Positions 1 through 10,600 of a stretch of DNA of 64,000 bases are shown here, one piece after another. Location of the stretch: positions 105,836,001 to 105,900,000 of the forward strand of contig NC_087437.1 in assembly GCF_036321535.1 (NCBI RefSeq), read 5' to 3'. Under the pieces are notes generated by a model, which was given only the letters and a program-made list of their open reading frames with translations, searched no databases and had not been told where the DNA came from. The position numbers and the translations under genes were made by a program. Every line of letters begins with the position of its first letter. Position 1 is the stretch's first letter. The stretch comes from Camelus dromedarius (Eukaryota).

Positions 1-174
1 GTTGGGGTTGCCACAATGGCACAGTAAAGCAAAGACTGAGGATTGGAGAGCTGACAGCTACATCTGATCAGAACTGGGAAGCTATCGCATAGAAGGATCT
101 GGAAACCACCATACAATGTATGGCAAGCAGATTTAGCCTCACTCTAGGGACAGCAGGTTTTCCCAGGTGTGACT

Positions 175-363
175 ACAGGGGTCTATCAAAGAATATTTTC
201 TCCAAATATCTTGTACTTTGGCTTTTAAACTTTCAAAATTAGTCATTTGTACGATTCACACTAAGTTAAATTTCTAAACATTTAAAAAGTGGAAAAAGAG
301 ACAAAGGAAGTGAATTTTAATTTCATTTAATTTTAAATAACTAAGGTTAAAATTTAAAACTGT
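175..363 (+). mobile_element. hAT-Charlie1-like DNA transposon, degenerate 5' part
   Basis: GGAAGTGAATTTTAATTTCATTTAATTTTAAATAA...AAATTTAAAACTG resembles the Charlie1/MER3 left-end sequence; the matching 3' part resumes after the L1 at 1400. Confidence 0.45.
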
Positions 364-1399
364 ATGCTCACCAAACACACACTCACACACACACACAATA
401 ATGGAGGTATGTCAAAAGGACTCCCAATGACCAAAGTTGGAAAAATGTGAGCAATAAAATAATGTAACGAATTATAACCCAAAGCATAAAACAAATAGCC
501 ATAAATCCATACAGATATAAATAATAGAATGAATAAATAAACAAATAAAAAAACAAACAAACAAACAAATAAATAAATAGTGAGTAAGAAAAAATTGTCC
601 TTGAAGAGCTCCAAATAGCAGGTTGATATTTCACCATGAAGGAGGAGCAGCCTAACGCCCTACATCTGAAGTGTGCATTGTCCACAGTGACTTTCTTCCA
701 AAGAGTATAGTATGGAAAGGGGAAAAAAGAATAACTTTACAACAGGGAAACCTGACAAACACCACCTGAGCCAGGTGACTAAGGGCAACAGCAACAGTGA
801 TAAGTCACATTGCTGTTATAACAACGATGATAGTATAACATCAGTAGTGTTCATAGTATGAGACATGTAGATGGTACAGGTGATACCTTTGATATGATGT
901 GATGGAGAATGACATTTTACCCCTTGTGGTCTTCCTCTCAAAAAAACCCAGATCCCAATATAATTATGAGAAAAAATTTTTTTAAAAATACCAGTTGAAG
1001 TACATTCTACAAAATACCTGATCAATAATACTCAGAAGTATGAAGATCATCAAAAACAAGAAAAGTCTGAGAAAATGTTACAGCCAAAATGTGCCTAAGT
1101 AGACCTGGTGACTAAATGAAACATGGTACCCGGGATGGGCTTCTGGACCAGTAAAGGACATTTAATAAAAACTAAGGGAATCTGAATAAAATAGGGGCTC
1201 TGGTTAATAATAATGTACAAAGATTGGTTCATTAATCATGAATAGCTTATTAATGTAAGATTGAGTCCTTAATCACTAATTAGCTTATTAATGTAAGATA
1301 TAAATAATGAGAAAATCTGGGTGTGGGGTATATAGAAGTTTGCTGTTCAACTTCTCTGTAAATCTAAATCTTTTCAAAATAAAAAAGTTTATTTAGAAA
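364..1399 (+). mobile_element. L1MC/L1MD-type LINE-1 3' UTR remnant
   Basis: Motifs AACCTGACAAACACCACCTGAGCCAGGTGA, CATTCTACAAAATACCTGATCA and CAACTTCTCTGTAAATCTAAA; ends AATAAAAAAGTTTATT plus A-tail; flanked by AAAACTGT at 356-363 and 1400-1407. Confidence 0.85.
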
Positions 1400-1979
1400 A
1401 AAACTGTTTAATGCCGAGGCCTGGTCTCCTAAACTGAGAGGGATCTGCTTCTTTTACTGGCAGCTGGGATGCTGTTTTTAACAGTCTCTTCACTGGGTCT
1501 GATGATCAGTCAAGGTTGAAAATGACTCTGAAAAAAGGTACGTCTTTGTCTTTGAATGATGTGAACATTATTTGTATTGAAGTTGAAGTTATTAATATTT
1601 ACACTTTCAGTACAAAACTTTTTAAAAACTTAGTGAAATATTTTAGTAGTCTTGGAACAACTTGGGTAGTGAATCTTTTTCCAGCTATAAATTTTATGAA
1701 ATCTAAACACAGATCTGGTATTCTGATGAAAATTTAGCATCCTAATTGAAGTATTCAGTATGTATAAGCATGCCAGATTTTAAAGGCTCTGTATGAAAAA
1801 TTACGTAAAAATTATCACATTAAGAAGTTTTTTTGTGTTGAAATGATATTTTGGATATTGTGTCAAAACTTATTATCAAAATTAATTTCATCTGTTCCTT
1901 TTTCACTTTTTAAGTATAACCTTTAGAAAATTTTAAATTACATATTTGGCTTACTTTATATTTCTAGTGGCCAGTGTTG
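1400..1979 (+). mobile_element. hAT-Charlie1 family DNA transposon, 3' part
   Basis: TTGGAACAACTTGGGTAGTGAATC...AAATTTTATGAAATCTAAACACAGATC...GATGAAAATTTAGCATCC and the terminal TATATTTCTAGTGGCCAGTGTTG match the Charlie1/MER33 right end; 1400-1600 is less certain. Confidence 0.8.
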
Positions 1980-2204
1980 GTCTAAACCACTATTCTGTAT
2001 GAGCTTTCCATTTCCACATTAAATGTGACTGATAAAAAAATGTTACAGTCCCTACAGAATCACAAATACAAAATCCCTCCAGTTCCTTTCTCCTCTCAGG
2101 CACCAGTAGAAGGGGAGCAAATCTAACATACGTTTTAGAACTAGATCTGTACAGTTTTGAACTTTACTAGCATTTGGAATCACCCAGCACAAAGAAAAGA
2201 GCCT

Positions 2205-2410
2205 GCCCTGGGCTTTGGAGAAACCCAAGCAATGATCTGACTGTTTGTCCAGCTACCTCAACTGTGTGACCTTTTGCAGGCTGACAATTTCTCTCATCTT
2301 CATCTTCCTCAACTGTTAAGTCAGAGTAGTAAGTAATATTACCTGTCTTGCATTATTGTGTAAAATACAAATAACACAAATAAAATAACTGGTGCTTTGT
2401 AGACAAACAA
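2205..2410 (+). mobile_element. MIR SINE remnant
   Basis: CAGCTACCTCAACTGTGTGACCTT...CATCTTCCTCAACTGT is a degenerate MIR core. Confidence 0.55.
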
Positions 2411-5027
2411 TGATAACTCTTTTAACAAGGTTAAGTGTCCATCCTTCATATATTACTTTTGAAGTAAAACCGATGCCATTGGAGAGCCAGGTATTTTAAT
2501 CCTTAATTTTGTTCCTTGATGATTGCGTAGAAGTTCTCATGTACACTCTCCCTCAAGAGAACCTACAAAGTAGTCGGAAAGGTCTTGGCTCTCTTCCCTG
2601 GAATGGATGGAAAAGGGTAGCCAACCTGAATAAAAACTGCCTTTATAGCTCTCTCAGTTCCTTTCATTTGTGATAGACCACATGGAAAACAACATCGAAC
2701 CACTGAAATCCCTAAGTGATGGCTACACAGATGACTCTCAGTGACTCTTTGTATTACAAATACAGTGTAACAATAACTATATCAATGATTCAATATTTTT
2801 AGTTGTTGAATAAAAGCAGAATCAAGCTCCAAGAGAAGTGAATTTCTTGGCAACTAGGGTCTATATTATCACACTCAAAATTAAATACCAATTTCCCCAC
2901 AAGCCAATCACACATTAGGGAGACCATCACTGTTATAAATGATGCAACAGAGATAGAAAAGTGCTTCTGAGGGGGTTCTAAAAGCTTTGTTCAAAATTAA
3001 AGTTTAAAATTACTTGAATTTTAAGCAGGGTAATATAGACTTGGGGTATAACACAGTATTTCCAAAGTTCTGATTACACACAAATGTTGATACCCAAATA
3101 TTTGACTTGGGAAATAGAAGAGCAAAGGGAAGTTCTGTAGCTGCTTTTATTTAAATCTGCCATTTTCATCTCACATTATGCTACTTGACTTCCATCATTT
3201 GCATATATTTCTACTTTAAAATTTAAAAGGAGCAGCAATAGTCTCTTTTTAGGATTAGCATCAACTTTTGCATGGGTTTATGAAGAAGATGTGTTCCTCT
3301 TGTTAAGAAAGAATATATTACGTATTGCTAGCTTAGTACTTGACCAGGGAAAAAAATATAAATCAAGGACCAGTGCATAAAATGTTACATGTATGACCTT
3401 AAGACAGCACGTCGATGTGTGGAATGAGGATGTGGAGTAAATAATCATTGGTAAAACTGAGCACTTTGGTATGTTTTAAACTTCTTTTTCTAACAGTATT
3501 TTTCTATAAGCCTTTAAAAAACCTTGAAAGTTTTGGCTATGGCTGCATTATAATGTCAAGAATGGGAATTTATAAAGACATTTAATTTATTTTCACTAGA
3601 AGAAATTAAACTTTAATTATTAACCAGAGGGGTTTAGTTTGACATTTCTGTCAAACATATATAATTGCTCCCCAATAGAATCAAATCTAATCTCCAATGT
3701 TTAAATTATAAGATTCACTTTGGCTTTATTATTAGCTTTTGCTTTCACTATTATTCACTTTGACTTTCTGCTATGTCTCCTCTCCATGTAATGAAATTCT
3801 GATTTTTTTAAAGGAATACCATACATATTTGCAAATTTCATTATCAAAACACTCTTTTTGATATACATATTTAACCAGTCTTTTATAATTTCTCAATTAT
3901 AACAATGAAGCAGATTACAATCACGCATCTCCCAGTTTGCCCAACCATGAAAGTGCTTGTTATTTTCGTTGCTTGCAGAAAGCAGACTTTTCACTGTTTT
4001 GGCAAATAAGATACAGAGGCTATCAACTGAACACCAGAATGGGCCATAAATTTTTTTCTGTTAAATCGAGCTCCATTACTATCCTGAGAATACATATATA
4101 ATGTAGATTAGATATATTTTTCAAAATATGATACCAATTTCAATACATTTGCTTTCCTTTAATAAAAAAATATATATATATATGGCAGATGCACTGAGTT
4201 CAACATGCAGCTGATAGAGATTACAGATCAGGTTTCAATTCAAGGTGCCCTTAGGGTCAGTTTGTTTCACAGAGGCAGATTAATCTAGCCAGTGTGTGGC
4301 AAGCCTAAATAAAATGGAACTTTTTAATCTTTGATCAAGAAATCTTCACTGGCTCCATCTGGCAGTAGCCATGTAAAGAAAATAATCCTAAGAACAGCAA
4401 TGATTATGGAATTTAATCCACATGAATAGCAAAATTAGATAACTCAGGATGAAAAAAAATCGAATTTAGTCCTTAAACATTTGGTTTAAAGTATTTGATC
4501 AAAGTAGCTGGAGAACTTGCCAACTGTGTCTTAACCACTGGAAAATTCAGTTGCATGGTGTTGAACCATCAAATTCATTGTTCCTATGGGCAGAACAATA
4601 GAGAGTTACTTGGAGGTTAAATTTCCTGTGTTAACAAGTTAATTCAGATAATTTGGATAATTTCCAACCTTCCCATTCTGATTTGGTGGATCAAAACTAA
4701 ATTACTCTGAGTTGTTTCACATTCGGTTGGCAGGAAAATTAACTAAAAAGAAGTGGTCGTGGCCATGCCAGTACCCCAAATACCACTCATCATGCTCCAG
4801 ACCACTTTAACCAGCAGATTTTCATCAATCCAGAACCAACTTCCCCTGGTAACAAGTTAATTGCTGGATAACACTAAACCCAAGGCCTTACAACAAACAC
4901 CTTCTGTTCTAACCACCCATGCTATCTTGGAACTTAATCAAACTGTGAAGTGATGGGAACCACAGTTCCTTAACACATCACTACTTCCTGACACATCCCA
5001 CTAATTCAATGACACTTTCACTGGAAG

Positions 5028-5356
5028 TGCAAAAATCAATAAACAGATGCATCAATTAAATAGAGTCAGGAGACCAGAAGGGGGAGCTCTTGAGCCCTGT
5101 CACAATACCGGAGTCAACAGAAAGAAGGGCGCCTTCTCTTCCCGTCAGGGACTCTGCCAAGGAAAAGCCATGGACCCTTTCTTTACCATAGTCTTCCTAA
5201 CCCCCTTTCCCTCTGTATAAGAGTTATTCCCTTGCTGTGTAGGGACTTGCACACGGTTGCAAACCCCTCACTGCAATTCTCTGCTGATCCCGAATGAACT
5301 TTCCTTTTTTTTTTTCCTGGAGAGATAACTGACAGTCTGTTTCTTTTAGGTCAACA
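5028..5356 (+). mobile_element. ERV1-type solo LTR
   Basis: TG...CA termini (TGCAAAAATC...GGTCAACA), 4-bp TSD GAAG (5024-5027, 5357-5360), TATA-like TATAAGAG and a degenerate polyA signal in LTR order. Confidence 0.85.
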
Positions 5357-5813
5357 GAAGTGATTACTTCTAACAGTTCCAATGCCCTGAGATTGCAGGG
5401 ACATGGAAGTGTTATCAATAATCTACATAAAACTGGAACCACAATTTCCCCACCCTGGGGATTTGCTCTTAAAAGCTCTGTATTATGTCTCCTTTATACT
5501 TCCAGGAATGGTGAGGGATGACATTAAGATAAAACTCCTGCTAAGACTTTGTATAACTAAAGATGATCATCAATAAAATACAGTTCTTTGGTTTGGTGAA
5601 ACATTGTAACTAGTCATCAATTTTTAACAATGAGTGCCTTTAGAGCTTTTTTGTAAAAAAAAAAAAAAAAAAAGAAAGGAGATGGAAAAATGCTATTACT
5701 TTCAGACTAAGAATATCTCGAGATTTGAAGAAATATTAAACAAAAAATAATTATCTTCCTTAGTCTGCAGTTAAATCATGCTGACTCCTATTAATGTTAC
5801 TGTTCCTTAAAAA

Positions 5814-5853
5814 GTGTGTGTGTGTATGTGTGTGTGCATCATATGTGTGTGCA
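5814..5853. repeat. interrupted (TG)n microsatellite
   Basis: Read directly from the sequence. Confidence 0.85.
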
Positions 5854-6059
5854 CATGTACACCACTGACATGTGTACTCTTCCCTTGGACTACCAAAACA
5901 GTTATATTTTTTATGTTTTACATCCTGTTTCAGGTCTTATCTCCCCAAATGGAAATTGCCTCTGTTATCCCTAAGCCTTCAATCAAGTGTACCATGCAAC
6001 CAGAATCCTATGTTAATAAAATTCTGGACAATTAAGTGATAAGGATGTGAAAAGGAGTT

Positions 6060-6290
6060 TTGAAGCAAAGGTACCAGTGGCAGCATCTTGTCAAGTGAAC
6101 CTAGTCTCAGAGCCGAAGGCAGTCGTCCGCTTAAAGACGGTTGCAGGCAGAGCAGAGAGCAGTAAGAAGACGACTTAGGGGCTGCACCTGAGATGGACCA
6201 CATCGTGGAATGAGGCCTTGGAGGCTCATACCGTGGACTGTACAGGGACAGACAGCAACCTATCAGGAAGACTGAGAGGTTATAAATTGG
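6060..6290 (-). mobile_element. probable L2 LINE remnant
   Basis: Purine-rich GATGGACCACATCGTGGAATGAGGCCTTGGAGGC resembles antisense L2 3' region; very diverged. Confidence 0.3.
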
Positions 6291-7659
6291 ATAGGAAGAG
6301 CAGTGCCCTGAGGAAAAAGCAGATAATTTGACTTCTCTCTGATCGCATGCTTGCTTGTTGATTGCATCATTGGGGGCTGATACTGTAGTTTTATTTCCTT
6401 ACATAGAGTCTGGCTCCTAGATTTAGCCACTTTGAAGACTCTCAAGTGGAGAAATTAGGAAACATGACTATAGGTGTCTGTGCTGTTTGACTGTGCGCCC
6501 TCTCCACTTCCTTAACAATACTCACCATGAGGTATTGCCCAAAGCCTAGCTGCTTCAAAGTGCGCCCAGTGTATTGAGACTAGGAGGTTCTGAGGGGAAA
6601 TTAAATTGCCCTTTCTTTATATGCTCCTTCACTTTTTTCTTAACTTATCAGATAATGTGTTAGCAAAGCGCTCCAGTAATGGAATATCAATATTCATTTG
6701 TTAATATCACTGAGAGGCTGTCAATGAACCCAGGCAGCACGGAATGATTTGTTTATAGGATGCTCATTGCCTAATCTGACTTATAAATATGAGTGAATAT
6801 TTAATCAATTAGGTTTATTTGATTTATGAGCCATTTAAAAGTTTGCCTTGGGAAATAAAATGCAGAATAAATAACAGTTCCGAGATTAGGAATTTTCCAA
6901 ATAAAACTCACTGGGTGAGTTTATTCCACAAAGATGAACATGGATTTAATAAAAGCAATAAAGTATTCCATTTCTAAGAGCAAATTGTTTTCCATATGAT
7001 GAATTTTATAATGTAGAAGAGTTAATTAACTATGCTACCTTTAGTAAAGGTATTTGCATTTTGTCATTTTTTTTTTTGTCCAGTGGGAAGGTGACAATCA
7101 CCACTGCATTTTCTAATTAATGCACTACACACATGGCATAAAATGCAATGAACGTGTGTTCTGTGAGACATTTATGAGACTGATCTAATTTGCCACTTGC
7201 ATACCAATTAAATGCATTTCAATACTCCCAGGATAATTACAGCAGAAGTATACAACGTTTTTCAATACATTTCTGGCCTTAATGAAAATAACAGAATGCT
7301 TCAAAGAGGCACAACAAAACCCTTGGATGAAAACAGAACCAGAAGCTTAAGGAGGAAGGGAAGGAACCAGAGTAGGAACCAGAGGAAGAGAGTAGGTATG
7401 ACTAAGGGACTCATCCATAGACCCAAAAAATATTTGGAGGATGAATCTGAGATATTTGCGTGAAACCAAGACTATGGAAAGGAGCTAAACAGATTCCAGG
7501 AAGGTAGCAGGGCTCCAGCTCTGGTAGACATAAAACTCCAATAACCCCTGGAAGAAAAAAAGCTGCAGTTTCAGCTCTCAAATTTGTCAAGTTTAAGTTA
7601 AATTTCAAAATACACATTATATGTTTGTCATATCTATAAATCTGACATTTTATATATAT

Positions 7660-8125
7660 AAAAAACCAAGGGGTGGGGTTTGGAGAGCTTCTAAGTTAGA
7701 AAACACGTGCAGATTTGGGGAAGGTTTTGCTCTGGGACAGGGTATGGAAGCTCTGAGCCCCATCTCACTTACCTTTGCCAGGTGCGTCTCTCCCATCTGG
7801 CTGTTCTAAGTTATCTCCTTTTATGATAAACCTGTGATCCAGCAGGTAAATCTGTGTGTTCTCTGTACTGCTTTAGCAAATTAATCAAGTCCAAGGAAGG
7901 AGCCCTTAGAATCTCTAGCCCATACGCAGTAGGGCAGAAGCGCAGGTGATAACTTGGGTGACTGGTATCTGAATTTGGTGAAGGACTGAGCCCTTGACCT
8001 GTGGGCTCTGATGCTATATCTGGGTAAGTTGTGTCTGAATTTAGTTGAATTGTAGGACATCCAGCTGGTGTCACAGAGAATTTTTTGGATGGCTGGGAGC
8101 CCCCTCCCAAGTTGGAATTGAGTGA
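7660..8125 (+). mobile_element. MER21-family LTR, partial
   Basis: GGTATGGAAGCTCTGAGCCCC, TCTCCCATCTGGCTGTTC, TAGCAAATTAATCAAGTCCAAGGA, GGACTGAGCCCTTGACCTGTGGG and GAATTGTAGGACATCCAGCTGGTGTC are colinear MER21 motifs. Confidence 0.85.
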
Positions 8126-8139
8126 TGAATTTTATGTAC

Positions 8140-8430
8140 ATTTTGATTTAAGGCAACTTCCATAAAATTTCAAATGGGATTTTTTTTTTAAGAAAATCAA
8201 CATGCTGAATATCAAAACTGATATGTTACAGAAAATTTCAGGAATAACCAAAATATCTCTGTAGAGGAACTATATTAGGTATTTACCCTTATTGAATTCA
8301 TTCTATTATAAAACCATATTATTTAACACAGGGTCATTTGGTGTAGGTATTTTTATTTATTTATTTATTTTTACAATGAAGCAATGAAACAAATCTGGAG
8401 CCAGAAACAGACATAGAAATAAGTAGAAGA
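8140..8430 (+). mobile_element. ancient L1M ORF2 remnant (non-coding)
   Basis: GAAAATCAACATGCTGAATATCAAAACTGATATG...CTATTATAAAACCATA...CAATGAAACAAATCTGGAGCCAGAAACAGAC follows the L1 ORF2 3' region; no open frame. Confidence 0.6.
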
Positions 8431-8469
8431 TTTAACATTTTTACTTGTTCTTCCTATTCTTTGAAAAGT

Positions 8470-8560
8470 TTCTCTCACTTACTTCCTTCAGGTCTTTACT
8501 TAAATGTCACTTCCCAGTAAAGACTCTTCCCTGGATGCCCTATTAAAATTTTAATCCCCC
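8470..8560 (+). mobile_element. L2 LINE 3' fragment
   Basis: CTTCCTTCAGGTCTTTACTTAAATGTCACTTCC L2 motif. Confidence 0.55.
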
Positions 8561-9254
8561 CAAACCTACCTTCAATTCTTGTGGAAAATATAAAATATTA
8601 AGATTCTTTCAGGTATAGCTTACAGTGACTACCAAGAGCTTAATTAAGCAATTTATTTGAAGAGTAGTCGTAACATTTACATGATGCAGGCAAAGTGGAA
8701 CAACCAGGCCCAGCAGCAATAGTTTGTAAACTTTTCATTTAGAGTAACAATTAATCTACCTTAGTTCATTCATCTCAGGTTCTATTTCAGATGCTCCAGT
8801 TTATTTGTATCTGTCCCTTTTATTTCCAAGCCTGTGCACAGCTTGTAATCTCACCTCCCAGAAGAAATGATCCCTCTTCCCCCTCAATTCACCCAAATCT
8901 GATCCCTTTCCCCAACCATCCACTTCAGAGGGCGCTCCTTTCATACCAGCCCTTGATTATCCCCACATCTACACCACGTCTGGGAGGGAAACAGCTCTTT
9001 CCCCAGCCTCACTGCAGGCTCCCCGTGTCTCCTCCTTACACTCTCTTCCCACTTGAAATGGTTGATGGCTTCTGTTCTGCTTAGTTCCTGCCTTCCTGTT
9101 GTGCACTTGGACTCTACCTTATCCGGTTTATTAATCCTTTGGAAACCTAGTCTTCCTGCCTGGTTGATTTAGCTTCTCCGCTAGTCACCATTTCTCCAGT
9201 TCCTCAACACCAGCCCCTCATATCCACACCTCGTTTATTCATTATTTAACTAAC

Positions 9255-9320
9255 ACATGTGTAATTGGCACAAAATAGTCAATCAATAATTGCCTGTTGA
9301 ATGAATGAATGAATGAATGC
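9255..9320 (+). mobile_element. L2 LINE 3' terminus with (TGAA)n tail
   Basis: GGCACAAAATAGTCAATCAATAATTGCCTGTTGAATGAATGAATGAATGAATG. Confidence 0.6.
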
Positions 9321-9344
9321 TTCATCTTCCAAATGTACAGGCTG

Positions 9345-9460
9345 GGGGTGGGGAGTATAGCTCAGTGGTGGAGTGAATGCCTTGCATGCACGAGGTCCTA
9401 TGTTCAACCCCCAGTCCCTCCGATAAATAAATAACCTAATTATAACCCCCTCAAAAAAAA
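9345..9460 (+). mobile_element. Vic-1-type camelid tRNA-derived SINE
   Basis: A box TATAGCTCAGTGG, B-box-like TGTTCAACCCC, tail ATAAATAAATAACCTAATT...CCCCCTC-A8; imperfect TSD AAATGTACAGGCTG (9331-9344) / AAAAGTACAGGATG (9457-9470). Confidence 0.9.
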
Positions 9461-10534
9461 GTACAGGATGATGGTCAGGAACCAATTTGCTGTGTAATTT
9501 TCTCTGCACCTAGCATAGTGCTTAGCATGTAAGAAATACTACTATAGATTATTGGCTAAATAAATATATGAATTCTGTTTATATGGTTGTATGAATGTAT
9601 CTGTTAGTGTGAGACCGAGTATGCGAGAGGAACAAAGACATAAAAACAAGAAGAGTTACTTGTTCACCCTCAGAAAAGTTAATCCAACATTCAAAGAGAA
9701 GCTATTTCCTAAATGATTAAATGTTAACAGACTACAATTCAACTTTTTGTTTCCTACGATACTTCAATGAAAAAAAAAAAAACAGTATTAAGCTTATAAA
9801 AGTTAAGATTTATATTCAACTTCTGAAGACTGGTCGCCTTTGAATCTGGTTTATTTCCTATTTCCTTTCCTTTTTTCAAAATGTATATTTGAGAATAACA
9901 TCTCCTGTGAACTTACGGTTGTGATCTTGTTTATATTGTCTGAAAGTCAAACTTCTACATAATCGAGCATTATATTTAAATATTTGTTTTATTTTCTGTA
10001 TCAATGACAAACATTACTGTAGGAGAAAGCTACCTTCAGATAAATCAGTGAAGTGTTCCCAGAAGAGGATAAGGAGACAGGACACGACACAAATGACCTT
10101 TCAGGGCTCTTCATCTCTAAGTTTGGACAGGTGAGTCGAGGTGTCTCAGCACCCTCCATCAAAGCGGTGGCAGGCATGACTGCTCCTCTCCAAGTCAGAC
10201 AACACGCAGCTCTCCCAGAAGTGCCCCCACTAGGCCACCTGTCCACAGGTAGCTCACCTGACCAGACAGCTGTTTCTTGTCAGCATTAGATGGCCCCTGG
10301 AAGGAGTGCTGGGCCTTTCTTTCCTCACGTTCCTCTCTCTGATGATACTGAACTCAAGTATGGCAAAGCCCACGCTGTTGCTCGCAGACCTGACCCTAGG
10401 CAGAAAGTTCCCGGATCGACCTGTGTTGCCCAGGTAGTAATGGTGGCCTGTGATGGAGCTGAGAGGACGTGAGAGTGAGACAAGCACTGTGATTGTCCCT
10501 CGTTAGTCACCGGATGGCTTTGGCACGACTATAA

Positions 10535-10600
10535 ACCTTGTACCTTCACAATGTCTGGCACAGAGCAGGCACTCAGATGTTTCTGTTGAATGAATGAATA
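10535..10600 (+). mobile_element. L2 LINE 3' terminus
   Basis: ACAATGTCTGGCACAGAGCAGGCACTCAGATGTTTCTGTTGAATGAATGAAT. Confidence 0.7.

Noticed and set aside
354..685. Hydrophobic ORFs resembling membrane peptides
   Set aside because: They are antisense readings of AAAT/AAAC simple repeats within the L1 3' UTR.
9345..9420. tRNA-like sequence with A and B boxes
   Set aside because: It has a SINE tail and TSD and lacks an intact cloverleaf, so it is a SINE rather than a tRNA gene. The same applies at 26850-26927.
9917..10016. Minus-strand pair CTTTCTCCTACAG| ... ACC|GTAAGT (100 nt)
   Set aside because: Very AT-rich body, stops in all frames and a weak exonic donor context; likely chance.
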